Source: Solirubrobacteraceae bacterium (GTDB taxonomy: Bacteria > Actinomycetota > Thermoleophilia > Solirubrobacterales > Solirubrobacteraceae). From it: 64,000 nucleotides of DNA. The notes beneath the pieces are model-generated. The model was given only the letters and a program-made list of their open reading frames with translations. It was not told where the DNA came from and made no database searches. Of this stretch, positions 36,707 to 49,194 are shown in pieces. The DNA lies in contig CBDIDF010000004.1 of assembly GCA_965277605.1 (NCBI GenBank), positions 845,045-909,044 of the forward strand. The letters run 5' to 3'. Within the stretch, counting starts at the first letter, position 1; the number at the start of each line of letters is the position of its first letter. A program made the position numbers and the translations under genes.

Positions 36707-38260
36707 ATGATCGTCAGCGTGATCGGAGCGCCGACATCCGCCGCTGCGCTCCCGGCAGCCGCCCTGCCCGCGCGCCTGGTTCGCTCGCCCGGCCTGATCG
36801 CCGTGGTCGCGTGCCTCGGCCTCGGCGCGCTGTCGGTGGCGCTGCTGCCGTCGATCCCCGGCTATGACCCGTTCTCCTGGGTCGTGTGGGGCCGCGAGCT
36901 GGCTCACACGATCATCGGCGCGCACGAGCACTTCACCGCCCAGGGCGGCCCCTCGTGGAAGCCGCTTCCGGTGCTGTTCACGACGATCTTCGGGTTCTCT
37001 GGCCCCGCGCCGACGGTGTGGGTCGCGTTCCTGCGCGCCGCGGGGCTGCTCGGGCTGTTCGTCGCCTACCGGCTGGCCTCGCGTCTGGCGAGCTCCGAGC
37101 GCTGGGGGCTCGCGGGTCCGGTCGCCGGCGTGCTGGCGGCGATCGCCGTCGCCGCCACGACGCAGTGGACGCACGACATGTTCCGCGCCGTCTCGGAGCC
37201 GCTGACGATCACCGCGACGCTGCTGGCGGTCGAGCGCGCGACCGCAGGGCGGCGCATGGCGGCGTTCTGGTCGGGCGTGGCGCTCGCGCTGATGCGACCC
37301 GAGGCGGCCGTGTTCGTCGCGGTGTACGCGGTGTGGTGCCTGTGGCGGATGGACGGGATCTGGCGCCGGGTGACGGTCGTGGCGGGCGTCGCGCTCATCC
37401 CGGCAGCATGGGTCGTGCCGCCGTGGCTGGCGTCGAACTCGCCGTTCCTGGCCGCCAACCACGCGCGCGACTACTTCCACAACCACGCGGCGGGCCACGT
37501 CGTCTCCGAGGTGCTCGGCCGCGCGGCCGGCCTCACCCCGTGGCCGGTGCTCGTCGCCGCGGCCCTGCTGACAGCGCTCGCGCTCCACCGGCGCGAGCGG
37601 GTGATCGTGTGGCTCGCGGGATCGTGCGTCGCCTACGTGGCGGTCGTGCTCGTGATGACGTTCGACCGCTATCCGGGGCTCGCCCGGTTCATGCTGCCCG
37701 AGGCGTCGGTCGTGTGCGTGCTCGCCGGCGTCGCCGTCGCGCGGCTGGCGACGTCGGTGGGGGTCGCGCTCGAGCGCCCGGCGCCGAGGGCCGCCGTGAT
37801 GACGGGTGCGCTGGCGGCCACCGCGGCGGTGCTGGCGGCAGCGGTTCCGTTCTTCACGGGCCCGGTGGGCGACGTCCGCGTCGAGAACGCGCTGGCCCGG
37901 TCGGCCGTGCGCAGCTACGACAAGCTCGTCGTGGCGATGCGGCGGGCGGGGGCGGCCGAGGACGTCCTGCCGTGCTCCTCGAGCCGGGCCGCGGTCAACC
38001 ACACCGTCCAGCCGAGCCTCGCGTGGGCGCTCGGCGTGCCGCTGACGACGGTCGTCGGCGTCACCAGAGTCGACCATTCCCTGCACCAGCCGGCGCTCGC
38101 GTTCTTCGCGCGCCGCAGCCCGGTCGTCGGCGGCTCGCCGTCGACCCGGCGGCTGAGGCGAGGCCTGAACGCCCGACTGCTGGCGCGCGAGGGGATGTGG
38201 CGGGTGCTGCGGATCACCGGGACGCGCGATCCGCGCGTCAACCGGTGCGTCGGCGACTGA
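36707..38260 (+). CDS. Polytopic membrane protein, putative GT-C-type glycosyltransferase; paralog of 681-2174
   Basis: 517 aa and colinear with the 681-2174 product. Shared blocks are YDPFSWVVWGR / GGPSWKPLPVLF / AYRLASRL / RPEAAVFVAVYAVW. Confidence 0.55.
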   Translation: MIVSVIGAPTSAAALPAAALPARLVRSPGLIAVVACLGLGALSVALLPSIPGYDPFSWVVWGRELAHTIIGAHEHFTAQGGPSWKPLPVLFTTIFGFSGPAPTVWVAFLRAAGLLGLFVAYRLASRLASSERWGLAGPVAGVLAAIAVAATTQWTHDMFRAVSEPLTITATLLAVERATAGRRMAAFWSGVALALMRPEAAVFVAVYAVWCLWRMDGIWRRVTVVAGVALIPAAWVVPPWLASNSPFLAANHARDYFHNHAAGHVVSEVLGRAAGLTPWPVLVAAALLTALALHRRERVIVWLAGSCVAYVAVVLVMTFDRYPGLARFMLPEASVVCVLAGVAVARLATSVGVALERPAPRAAVMTGALAATAAVLAAAVPFFTGPVGDVRVENALARSAVRSYDKLVVAMRRAGAAEDVLPCSSSRAAVNHTVQPSLAWALGVPLTTVVGVTRVDHSLHQPALAFFARRSPVVGGSPSTRRLRRGLNARLLAREGMWRVLRITGTRDPRVNRCVGD

Positions 38261-38333
38261 GCCGGCGTGGGAGCGGCCGACTCCACTCGATCACCAGCGT
38301 CCTGAGCGCCGGGCGCGTCAGGCGCCGGGCGCG

Positions 38334-39227
38334 TCAGGCGCCGGGGACGGAGATCCCGACCGTCCGAGCGCGCTGGCGCTCGGGGGTGATGCGGACGACG
38401 TTCCAGGCGAGGCCGACCCGCTGCAGACCGATGATGACCAGGCCGGAGAGGTCGATCTCGTACCAGCGCAGGCCATGGAAGGCCGAGCGCGGGAAGGCGT
38501 GGTGGTTGTGGTGCCAGGACTCGCCGAGCGACAGCACCGCGAGCCAGCCGACGTTCGTCGAGTGGTCCTCGACGTCGAAGCGGCGGCGGCCGAAGAAGTG
38601 GCACACCGAGTTGACCGACCAGGTCACGTGGTGCAGGAGGAAGACCCGCACGAGGCCGCCCCAGACGAGGCCGCGCAGCGCCCCGCCGGCCGTGAAGCCG
38701 TGCAGCGCGAACCCGGCGAGCGTCGGGATCGCGAGCGAGACCGCGACGAGCAGCGGGAACGAGCGACCGATGCGCTTCATCGCCGGGTCCTCGTAGAGGT
38801 CGGGCGCGAACTGTGTCCAGTCGCTCTGACCCTGGGTCTCGAGCAGCCATCCGACGTGGGCGAACGCCAGGCCCCGCAGGCCGCTGCCGTGGCCGACGTG
38901 GGGGCTGTGCGGATCGCCCTCCCGGTCGGTGTGGGCGTGGTGCTTGCGGTGGTCGGCGACCCAGTCGAGGACCGAGCCCTGGACCGCGAGCGATCCGGCG
39001 ACCGCGAAGGTCCGCTCCAGCCACGGGTGGGTCTGGAAGGCGCGGTGGGTCAGCAGCCGATGGAAGCCGACCGTGACGCCACCGGCGCTGATCACGTACA
39101 TGCCGGCCATGATCGCGAGGTCGGTCACGTCCACGGCCCGGTTCCACAGCAGGACGACGGCGACGAGCACCCCGAGCAGCGGGACGAGCACGCCGAGCAG
39201 ATTGGCGGTTCTCTCAGTTCGGGTCAT
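38334..39227 (-). CDS. Acyl-CoA (membrane) fatty acid desaturase
   Basis: Three His boxes are present: HRLLTH, HRKHHAHTD and HNHHAFP. TM pairs are also present. Confidence 0.9.
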   Translation of the reverse strand: MTRTERTANLLGVLVPLLGVLVAVVLLWNRAVDVTDLAIMAGMYVISAGGVTVGFHRLLTHRAFQTHPWLERTFAVAGSLAVQGSVLDWVADHRKHHAHTDREGDPHSPHVGHGSGLRGLAFAHVGWLLETQGQSDWTQFAPDLYEDPAMKRIGRSFPLLVAVSLAIPTLAGFALHGFTAGGALRGLVWGGLVRVFLLHHVTWSVNSVCHFFGRRRFDVEDHSTNVGWLAVLSLGESWHHNHHAFPRSAFHGLRWYEIDLSGLVIIGLQRVGLAWNVVRITPERQRARTVGISVPGA

Positions 39228-39411
39228 GAGGTCAGTCTCTCATGCGCTCAGCACAGTTTCTTGTCCATTAGCGCAGGCTCGGGACGTCAATTCTTGGACA
39301 TTTGGAACAAGCGGCGGTGTCAGGGGGCGGATCCGGGTCGGGCGCGCCCTCGTCACGTCGCTGCCGTGAAGAGCTTCGTGACTGGTAAGACTTCTTATAT
39401 CCTTACTAGGG

Positions 39412-39645
39412 ATGAGAATGACCTCCAAGGGACAGATCACGATCCCACTCGAGCTGCGCGAGCGCTACGGCTTGGACGCCGGCGCCGATGTCGAGGTGAT
39501 CGCCACCGAGGACGGCGCGCTGGTGCGCCCCGCCGCGCGCCGCAGTCGCGGCGCCGAGCTTGTCGCGGCCCTACACGACCGCGCTGACGGCGGCCTGGAC
39601 GCCGACGCCGTCCTGCGCCTCAGCCGCTCAGACGAGCCGGCTTGA
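39412..39645 (+). CDS. vapB: AbrB/SpoVT-fold antitoxin (VapB-like)
   Basis: MTSKGQITIPLELRERYGLDAGADVEV is a swapped-hairpin SpoVT/AbrB motif. The stop overlaps the downstream TTG start (TTGA). Confidence 0.8.
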   Translation: MRMTSKGQITIPLELRERYGLDAGADVEVIATEDGALVRPAARRSRGAELVAALHDRADGGLDADAVLRLSRSDEPA

Positions 39646-40074
39646 CGACGCTGGTCGACTCAAGCGTGCTGCCGGACATCTTGGCGCCCTCACGGTGGCG
39701 CCATTGGTCAGAGCAGCACCTCGCCGCCGCCATCGACGACGGCGAGGTGGCGATCAACCAAGTCATCTACGCCGAGATCGCCGTCAGCTTTGTGACCCGC
39801 GAGCCACTGGAACGCGCTGCAGGCCGCCCGGATCAAGCGCCTCGCGCTCCCCTGGGCCAGCGCGTGGCTGGTCGCCGAAGCGTTCGGGCGCTATCGCCGC
39901 GCGGGCGGGCCGCGCACCCTGCCGCTGCCCGACTTCTTCATCGCCGCGCACGCCCACACCGCCTCGCTCACGCTGCTCACCCGCGACCCCGCCCGCGTGC
40001 GCATCTACTTCCCCGAGGTCACGTTGATCGCACCCACCCTCGCCGATCACCCCGCCGCCGACGACCACGCGTAG
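39642..40074 (+). pseudogene. vapC: PIN-domain toxin VapC, interrupted by a +1 frameshift near 39805-39815
   Basis: Frame 1 reads MTTLVDSSVLPDIL...AINQVIYAEIAVSFVTREPLE and then degenerates into Arg/Pro-rich text. The next frame continues NALQAARIKRLALPW...AFGRYRRAGGPRTLPLPDFFIAAHAHTASLTLLTRDPARVRIYFPEVTLIAP and stops at 40072-40074. Confidence 0.6.
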
Positions 40075-40227
40075 CGACAGCTGGCCCCTGCCGACCGGGA
40101 GCGCGCGGGCGCCTCCCGGCCTGTTCAGTCACGTTCCTGCTCAGACGGCCCTCGAGGGCCGCTATAGGGCCACGTTAAATGACCCATTTCGTGACTTGAA
40201 GGGGGGCTGGCTGTGACCCGAGGTGGG

Positions 40228-42084
<1,857 letters not shown>

Positions 42085-42608
42085 CAGCCCAGCCTCCGCT
42101 CTCTCAGATCACCAAAAGTCATCGACTCCCCCATCGGCCAATTCCCGCACAGCCTTGAATCGCGGCTCCCGCACCGCCAATCCCGCGCGTGCAACACGCA
42201 CGGCATCCTGGAGGCGTGCGTCCGACCCGAACGGTGTAGCGCTCTGAGCGACAACGGCCAGCGGCGTCCCGCCGCGCACCGTTATACGGTCACGTAAAGT
42301 AGGGTTGGCGGGAGGTTCCGGCACCGCGCGGCTCGTGCTGGCCCGACTGGTGCTGGTCGCCTCCCGCCGCCGCATCGCGGTGTTTCTGAGTTCGTGATAG
42401 AGCGGCCGACTTTTTCAACCACACGCTGAGCGTGGTGGCGGGACCGGTTGGTGGTTGTGGTGCGGGCGTCGTCCGTGCCCGTTCCGCTGGCCATCCATGG
42501 CCAGCGGGCGACCCCCTCCAAAGCGCCCCTCTTCCCCAGAGGCAGCCGGGCGTGATCGCTGTCGGGGAGCCTGGTCATGACTTGCTCGCTCGATTGTGCT
42601 TGATCCGC

Positions 42609-43358
42609 TCAGAGGCGAGCGCGGCGCATCCCGGCGGCGCGGGCGCGACGGATCGCGGGCCCGCGGCCGTGATGCTCGTCATCGGGGGTGACGTAGCCGA
42701 TCGCGGCGTGCAATCGCCGGGTGTTGTAGTCGCCGCGGATGCGAGCGAGCTCGGCATCCAGCGCGGCGGGCTCGGCGAGCCCGGTGAGCCCGGTGAGCTG
42801 CGGCCGGTCGCCCTTGAGGTGGCTGAAGAACGATTCGATGTGCGCCTGATCGGTCGGGGTGCCGGGCCGGCCGTGATGCTGGGTGATCGCCATCAACGCC
42901 ATGAACTGGCGGGTGTCGGTTGCGGTCATCTCCGTTCCGTTGTCTGACCACGCGACCAGGATCGGCAGCCCGTCATCCTCGACACTCGGCGGGAGCCCAT
43001 CGGCGTCGAGGAGGTCCTGATCCTCCAGCGCGCGGGCGAACAGCAGCTGCGCCTGGGTGCTCGTCTGCTCTGAGGTGAGCAGATAGCCGATCCAGTAGCG
43101 GGTGACCACGTCAACGATCGCGTAGGCCACTCGCTTGGCCCGAGGGAAGTGAGTCGCATCCCAAATCCAGATGCGATTGCGCTCCCAGGCAACCTGCCGC
43201 ATAGCAGGCAAAACCGGCCGGGCACGGACCGGCTCGCCCGGCAGCACGACCCGGTGCTTGAGCGCGACGCGCAACAGCGTGGAGGGCGAGACGAACACCG
43301 CGCCCGTGTAGCTGCGTACTTCGCCAGCACCCCCAGCCGCTACCCGCCGCCCGCCCAT
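42609..43358 (-). mobile_element. N-terminally truncated DDE (rve-domain) transposase fragment, IS3/IS481-like
   Basis: The DDE context is WIWDATHF, VAWSDNGTEM and HIESFFSHLK, with C-terminal YNTRRLHAAIGYVTP. No HTH/OrfA part is present, and the upstream sequence switches directly into a reverse-transcriptase fragment. Confidence 0.75.
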
Positions 43359-43364
43359 GCCTCA

Positions 43365-44058
43365 TCGAGCATGTGCAAGGCAATGTTTGCGAGCAACGGT
43401 GAAATTGGTGATCCTTGGGGGGTGCCCGCTTCGATCGCGGACACGATCCCGCTCTCAAACACCCCCGCCCAAAGCCAGCCCCACAGCAGCTTGACCATCC
43501 CATCGACGCCGGGCGCCCCGCGGTTGGCACAGACCTCGCCCCACGCCTTCCAGTGTTGTCCCGCCGATCAGCACTACCACGACCCGCTCCGACGGCCGCT
43601 CAGCCGCCCACATCCGCTTCCCGGGTTCGCCGGTTATAGGAGGGGCATCGCTTCCCGTCACCCCGCAGGCGACGGGGCCAAGACGGCTCTCCCGAGTTCC
43701 CAGGACGACCATCCGCACGTTCAACGCCCAATACGCCAGAGGGTCCCTCAGCGCCCGCTTCTGGATCCCAGGCGCTTTCCATGGCCTTCGCCGCGATGCA
43801 ACCGGCACCCTCTATCCCCCGCCTTACGGCGGGCACGTCTGACGACGCTCACTCAGGCTTCACTCGCGTTGCCGACCGCACGGTCGCATCCGCCCTGCTT
43901 CGCGCCCGGCCTCTCGACCACGCACAAGGGCATCGCCACCGGGGACCCAGACGTCTCCCCGGACCAGACTCACACCGCCAGGCCGCCCTGAACTTGTCGC
44001 TCCCTTTACGCCATGTCGACCTTCCTTTCTTCATGGCGCCGGAGCAATCTCGGCGCAC
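43365..44058 (-). mobile_element. Group II intron remnant: 5' ribozyme domains plus a frameshifted, internally deleted reverse-transcriptase ORF fragment
   Basis: The minus strand starts GTGCGCCGAGATTGCTCC at 44058, a canonical GUGCG 5' end. It contains GNRA-capped hairpins such as CCCGCCGUAAGGCGGG. The ORF fragments read WKAWGEVCANRGAPGVDGM (RT0/1) joined directly to VKLLWGWLWAGVFESGIVSAIEAGTPQGSPISPLLANIALHMLDEAW (RT4), followed by a stop. The YADD motif, X domain and domains V/VI were not found. Confidence 0.6.
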
Positions 44059-44247
44059 TGCATACAAACGTGACGATTCCGTCCAGGCGTCCCGGGAGGA
44101 TCCGGCTATGCCCCCAGCTGAGTACGGGCGACCCGGTCGGCGCGCCGACCGGGCCCCCGGGTCTACGTCGAGCAGCACGCGACGGCTACCGAAAGCCCGT
44201 CACCGTCGCTCGGTGGTCCTCGTCGCTCCGGCTGATCCCGGACGCGG

Positions 44248-44970
44248 TCAGCGAGTCACCGAACGCCAGCGCTCCAGCAGATCCTCGTCGGGCACCCGCC
44301 GCACGACGCGCGCGGGCACCCCCATCACGACGTCGCGCGCGGCGACGTCGCGGGTGACGACGGCGCCCGCGGCCACGAACGCCTCCTCCCCGATCTCGAC
44401 CCCGGGGGTGAGCACGACCCCTCCTCCGACCCGGCAGGCCCGGCGCAGCACCGGTCCCCGCAGCCGCTCGCCCGGCGCGTGGCGGCCCATCGTGTCGTCG
44501 TTGGTGCTCGTCACGCCCGGGCCGATGAAGACGTCGTCCTCGACGAGCGATTGCGCCGTCAGGTAGACGAGCGTCTGGATCGAGACCCGGTCGCCGACGC
44601 GCGTGTCGAAGTCGACCGTCGAGCCGCGGCCGACCACCGTCCGCTCGCCGATGACGGCGCGCTCGCGCACCTGGCTCTGGTCGCCGATGATCGCGCGCGG
44701 GCCGATCGAGGCCCCGGCGTAGAGCACCGCCCCGGCGCAGATCGTCGCGCCGTCGGCGACGACCAGGCGCGGGACGTCCCCGGCCGCGCTCGAGCCCGGC
44801 CGCAGCCGCGGCGTCTTGCCGAGCACGGCGCCGGCCTCGATCAGGCACCCGGCGCCGACCGTCACCCCGGCGCAGACGACGGCGCCCGGCTCGATCACGA
44901 CATCGCCGGCGAGCCTCGCATCGGGCGACACGAACGCCCCACCCGCCGTCGGGCGCGGGGGCTCAGGCAC
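44248..44970 (-). CDS. Left-handed beta-helix (hexapeptide-repeat) N-acetyltransferase, WbpD/PglD-like
   Basis: Hexapeptide repeats run throughout, for example VIEPGAVVCAGVTVGAGCLIEAGAVLG and IGDRVSIQT...VGGGVVLTPGVEIGEEAFVAAGAVV. I chose the GTG start at 44970, which overlaps the upstream gene end by 8 nt. Confidence 0.8.
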   Translation of the reverse strand: MPEPPRPTAGGAFVSPDARLAGDVVIEPGAVVCAGVTVGAGCLIEAGAVLGKTPRLRPGSSAAGDVPRLVVADGATICAGAVLYAGASIGPRAIIGDQSQVRERAVIGERTVVGRGSTVDFDTRVGDRVSIQTLVYLTAQSLVEDDVFIGPGVTSTNDDTMGRHAPGERLRGPVLRRACRVGGGVVLTPGVEIGEEAFVAAGAVVTRDVAARDVVMGVPARVVRRVPDEDLLERWRSVTR

Positions 44971-45979
44971 GCGCGAGGCGGGCGTCGTCGAGCGAGCGCT
45001 GCAGCGCCTCGAGCACGCGCACGACGCGCAGGCCGCTGGCGCCGTCCGAGCGCGGGGTCGCGCCGTCGCGGATGCACTGCACGAAGTGCTCGCACTCGAC
45101 GCGCAACGGCTCGACGTTGGCGATCTGGGGGGACACCGAGCCTCCGCTGCGGGTGATGTACTCGCCGTAGGTCCGCGAGTCCTGATCAAAGCCCTTGTCA
45201 TAGACGGTCAGCTTGCGCTCGACCGCCATGTCGTCGAAGGTCGCCATCCGCCGTGAGCCGACGACCGTGAAGCGGCGCTCCTTGTGGGGGTCCAGCCAGG
45301 ACAGGTGCAGGTGGGCGACGAGCCCGGATCCGAAGCGCAGGAAGCAGAACACGACGTCCTCGACGCCGTCGCGCACGTAGGAGGCCCCGTGCGCGCTCAT
45401 CTCGACGGGCTCCTCGTCGGCGAGCGCGAGCACGACGGAGACGTCGTGGGCGCCCAGCGACCACAGCGCGTTCTCGTCGGCGCGCAGCTTGCCCAGGTTC
45501 AGCCGGTTGCCGTAGATGTAGAAGATCTCCTCGCCCAGCTCGCCGGACTCGGCGAGCTCCTTGAGCGCACGCACTCCCGGGTGGTACTCGAGCAGGTGGC
45601 CGACCATCAGGACCCTCCCGGCCGCCGCCGCCGCGTCGACGGCACGCTGGGCGTCGGCGACCGACTGCGCCAGCGGCTTCTCGACGAAGCAGTGCTTACC
45701 CGCCCGCAGGACGCGGACGGCGAGGTCGGCGTGGGTCGGCACCGGCGTGGCGAGCACGACGGCGTCGAGCTCGGGATCGACGAGCAGGTCGGCGAGCTCG
45801 GCGGTCGCGCGCGCTCTCGGGAACTGGCGGGCGACCCGCTCGCGGGCCGCGGGATCGGCGTCGCAGGCCCAGGCCAGCTCACAGCCGCGGATGGAGGCGA
45901 AGTTGCGCGCCAGGTTCGGGCCCCAGTAGCCGAGGCCGGCAACCCCGACGCGCAGCGGCCGTGTCGCGTCGTCGCTCAT
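44963..45979 (-). CDS. Gfo/Idh/MocA-family NAD-dependent oxidoreductase (WbpB-like)
   Basis: LRVGVAGLGYWGPNLARNF is the Rossmann motif and GKHCFVEKPLA is the EKP motif. 338 aa. Confidence 0.85.
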   Translation of the reverse strand: MSDDATRPLRVGVAGLGYWGPNLARNFASIRGCELAWACDADPAARERVARQFPRARATAELADLLVDPELDAVVLATPVPTHADLAVRVLRAGKHCFVEKPLAQSVADAQRAVDAAAAAGRVLMVGHLLEYHPGVRALKELAESGELGEEIFYIYGNRLNLGKLRADENALWSLGAHDVSVVLALADEEPVEMSAHGASYVRDGVEDVVFCFLRFGSGLVAHLHLSWLDPHKERRFTVVGSRRMATFDDMAVERKLTVYDKGFDQDSRTYGEYITRSGGSVSPQIANVEPLRVECEHFVQCIRDGATPRSDGASGLRVVRVLEALQRSLDDARLARA

Positions 45980-47046
45980 GACCGCAGCAGTCTAAGCGCG
46001 TCCACGGCGCGCTCTCCGGCGTGGCCGTCCCCGTAGAGCGCGGGGTGATCGGCCGGCACCGGCGCCGCCAGCGCCCGCCGGACGGCCTGAACGTCGAGGT
46101 CGACGAGCGTGTTCCAGCCGGTCTGGACCGTCTCGGTCCACTCGGTGCGATCGCGCATCGTCAGGCACGGGACCCGCGCCAGGTAGGCCTCCTTCTGCAG
46201 TCCACCGGAGTCGGTGAGCACCGCCCGGGCGTGGCACAGCAGCGCGGTCAGCTCGAAGTAGCCCAATGGCTCGCAGACCGTCACCCCGGGCGCGCTCTCC
46301 AGGCGCGCGCGCAGCCCGGCCTCCTGGAGCCGCGCGGCGGTGCGCGGGTGCAGCGGGAGCAGCACCGGGACCTCGATCGCCGTCAGCAGGTTCACGAGCG
46401 CCGCCAGGCGCGCGGGGTCGTCGACGGTGCCCACCCGGTGCGCGGTGGCCAGCACGTACTCCCCGGGCACCAGTCCGCGTCCGGTGACGATGTCCTCGCG
46501 GGCGCGGGCGCGGGGCTGGATCTCCAGCGCGATGTCGACCATCACGTCGCCGACGACCTCGCAGCGGCCGGCCACCGCCTCGCGCTCCAGGTTCTCGCGC
46601 GCCGTGGCGCTCGAGCACAGCAGTAACGCCGAGGCGTGGTCGGTGAGCACCCGGTTGAGCTCCTCGGGCATCGCGCGGTCGAACGAGCGCATGCCCGCCT
46701 CGACGTGGGCGACCGGCACCCCGCCCTGGGCCCCGGCCAGCGCGCCGGCCAGCGTCGAGTTCGTGTCGCCGTAGACGAGCACGACGTCGGGCGCCACCTC
46801 GACGAGCACCGGCTCGAGCGCCTCGAGCATCCGCGCGGTCTGCGAGGTCGCCGAGCCGAGCGCGACGTGCAGCTCGCGATCGGGGGCGGGCAGCCCCAGC
46901 TCGGAGAAGAAGATCGCCGACAGGCGGTCGTCAAAGTGCTGGCCGGTGTGGACGAGCACCTCCTCGTGGTCACGGCGCAGCGTCGGGGAGACCGCCGCGG
47001 CCTTGACGAACTGCGGCCGGTTTCCGATGACGGTGAGGACCCTCAG
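45976..47046 (-). CDS. wecB: UDP-N-acetylglucosamine 2-epimerase (non-hydrolysing)
   Basis: HTGQHFD...MLEALEPVL...PDVVLVYGDTNSTLAGALA...VAHVEAGMRSFD...PEELNR...DSGGLQKEA are present. The essential N-terminal RVLTVIGNRPQFVKAAAV lies upstream of the first GTG (46959) with no ATG/GTG/TTG available. I therefore propose a CTG start at 47046 overlapping the upstream TGA. Confidence 0.8.
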   Translation of the reverse strand: MRVLTVIGNRPQFVKAAAVSPTLRRDHEEVLVHTGQHFDDRLSAIFFSELGLPAPDRELHVALGSATSQTARMLEALEPVLVEVAPDVVLVYGDTNSTLAGALAGAQGGVPVAHVEAGMRSFDRAMPEELNRVLTDHASALLLCSSATARENLEREAVAGRCEVVGDVMVDIALEIQPRARAREDIVTGRGLVPGEYVLATAHRVGTVDDPARLAALVNLLTAIEVPVLLPLHPRTAARLQEAGLRARLESAPGVTVCEPLGYFELTALLCHARAVLTDSGGLQKEAYLARVPCLTMRDRTEWTETVQTGWNTLVDLDVQAVRRALAAPVPADHPALYGDGHAGERAVDALRLLRS

Positions 47047-47848
47047 GAGGCCAGCTCCGCACGGATGCGGTCACGCACCGCCGCCGCCGTGCGGTCAGAG
47101 ATCGGCGTCGGTCCGGCGAGCTCGTGCTCGTCGATCGCGATCACCGGCTGCACCTCGCGCACCGTCGAGGCCAGGAACACCTCGTCGGCGGCGAGCAGCT
47201 CGTCGAGCGTGCAGGCCCGCTCGCGGGCGCCGGTGACGTCGATCACGAGCGCCCGGGTGATCGAGGCGAGGATGTGCTCGTCCAGCGGCGGGGTGAGCAG
47301 CTGCCCGTCGGAGACCCAGAACAGCGAGCTCGTCGGGGCCTCGAGCACCCGGGAGTGCGGACTGACGAGCAGCGCGTCGTCGTAGCCCTGCTCCTGAGCC
47401 AGGCGCGAGGCGAGCATGTTCGCGGCGTAGGACAGCGACTTGATCCCGTCGAGGATGCGGGTCGGCGAGTAGGTGATCGTCATCAGCCGCGCACGCTCGG
47501 GCGTCTCATGCAGCGGCTCGGTGAGCAGCACCTGGCGGCCGCCGCGGGTGATCATGACCCGCAGCTGCTCGTGCTCGGATGGGTGGGTGGGGTCCGAATA
47601 TGCCTCCGCGAGCATCCGGTAGATGGCGGCGCGCACCGCCTCGGAGTCGACGGGCAGGCGCAGGTTGGCGCACGAACGCTCGAGGCGTCGCAGGTGGGCG
47701 TCGATCGCGTATGGCCGCCCGTCGTAGACCCGCATCACCTCAAACGCGCCGTCCCCGCGGATCAGCCCCTCGTCGGTGACCGCGATCGTCGCCTCGGAGG
47801 CGAGCATGATCTCCCCGTCGAGCGAGGCGAGACATCCGGGGGCGGTAC

Positions 47849-47852
<4 letters not shown>
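47043..47852 (-). CDS. Fold-type IV (class IV) PLP aminotransferase (IlvE/PabC/Dat family)
   Basis: GLIRGDGAFEVMRVYDGRPYAIDAHLRRLERS...SLSYAANMLA...EVFLASTVREVQPV is present. The start is ATG 47852, overlapping the pepT stop (ATGA). Confidence 0.85.
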
Positions 47853-49120
<1,268 letters not shown>

Positions 49121-49194
49121 CGTGGCTCGGAGTATTCCAATCCCGGCGCCGGCCCGTCCGCTTGGGGCGCCGCCAGGCGGGTAGACACGCGCCG

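Noticed and set aside
38306-38346. A 16-bp tandem duplication (gcgccgggcgcgtcag x2.5) spanning the desaturase stop codon.
   Set aside because: It is real in the sequence but small. It duplicates the stop codon and so does not change the protein. I see no functional implication beyond replication slippage.
40147-40160. The palindrome GGCCCTCGAGGGCC between the convergent vapC and YVTN genes as a bidirectional terminator.
   Set aside because: It would form only a 5-bp stem once a minimal loop is allowed, and there is no U-tract. This is too weak to call.
42294-42302. A possible group II intron 3' end (minus strand ...CCCTACTTTAC), with a 9-bp stem GGCGGGAGG/CCTCCCGCC just upstream acting as domain VI.
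   Set aside because: I could not find a convincing 34-nt domain V hairpin with the AGC triad upstream of it. The resemblance rests on a short, low-information string.
42109-42375. An 88-aa minus-strand ORF directly upstream of the YVTN gene whose segment RITVRGGTPLAVV vaguely recalls Phd/YefM antitoxins.
   Set aside because: Only a few residues fit. The N-terminal half is Ser/Thr/Arg-rich with no antitoxin pattern, and no toxin partner is present. I cannot support calling it a gene.
44132-44153. The perfect 22-bp palindrome cccggtcggcgcgccgaccggg as the terminator-type target of a class C group II intron insertion.
   Set aside because: The intron 5' end lies about 75 nt downstream of the hairpin, farther than I would expect for terminator-targeting introns. 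It may simply be the terminator of the acetyltransferase operon.
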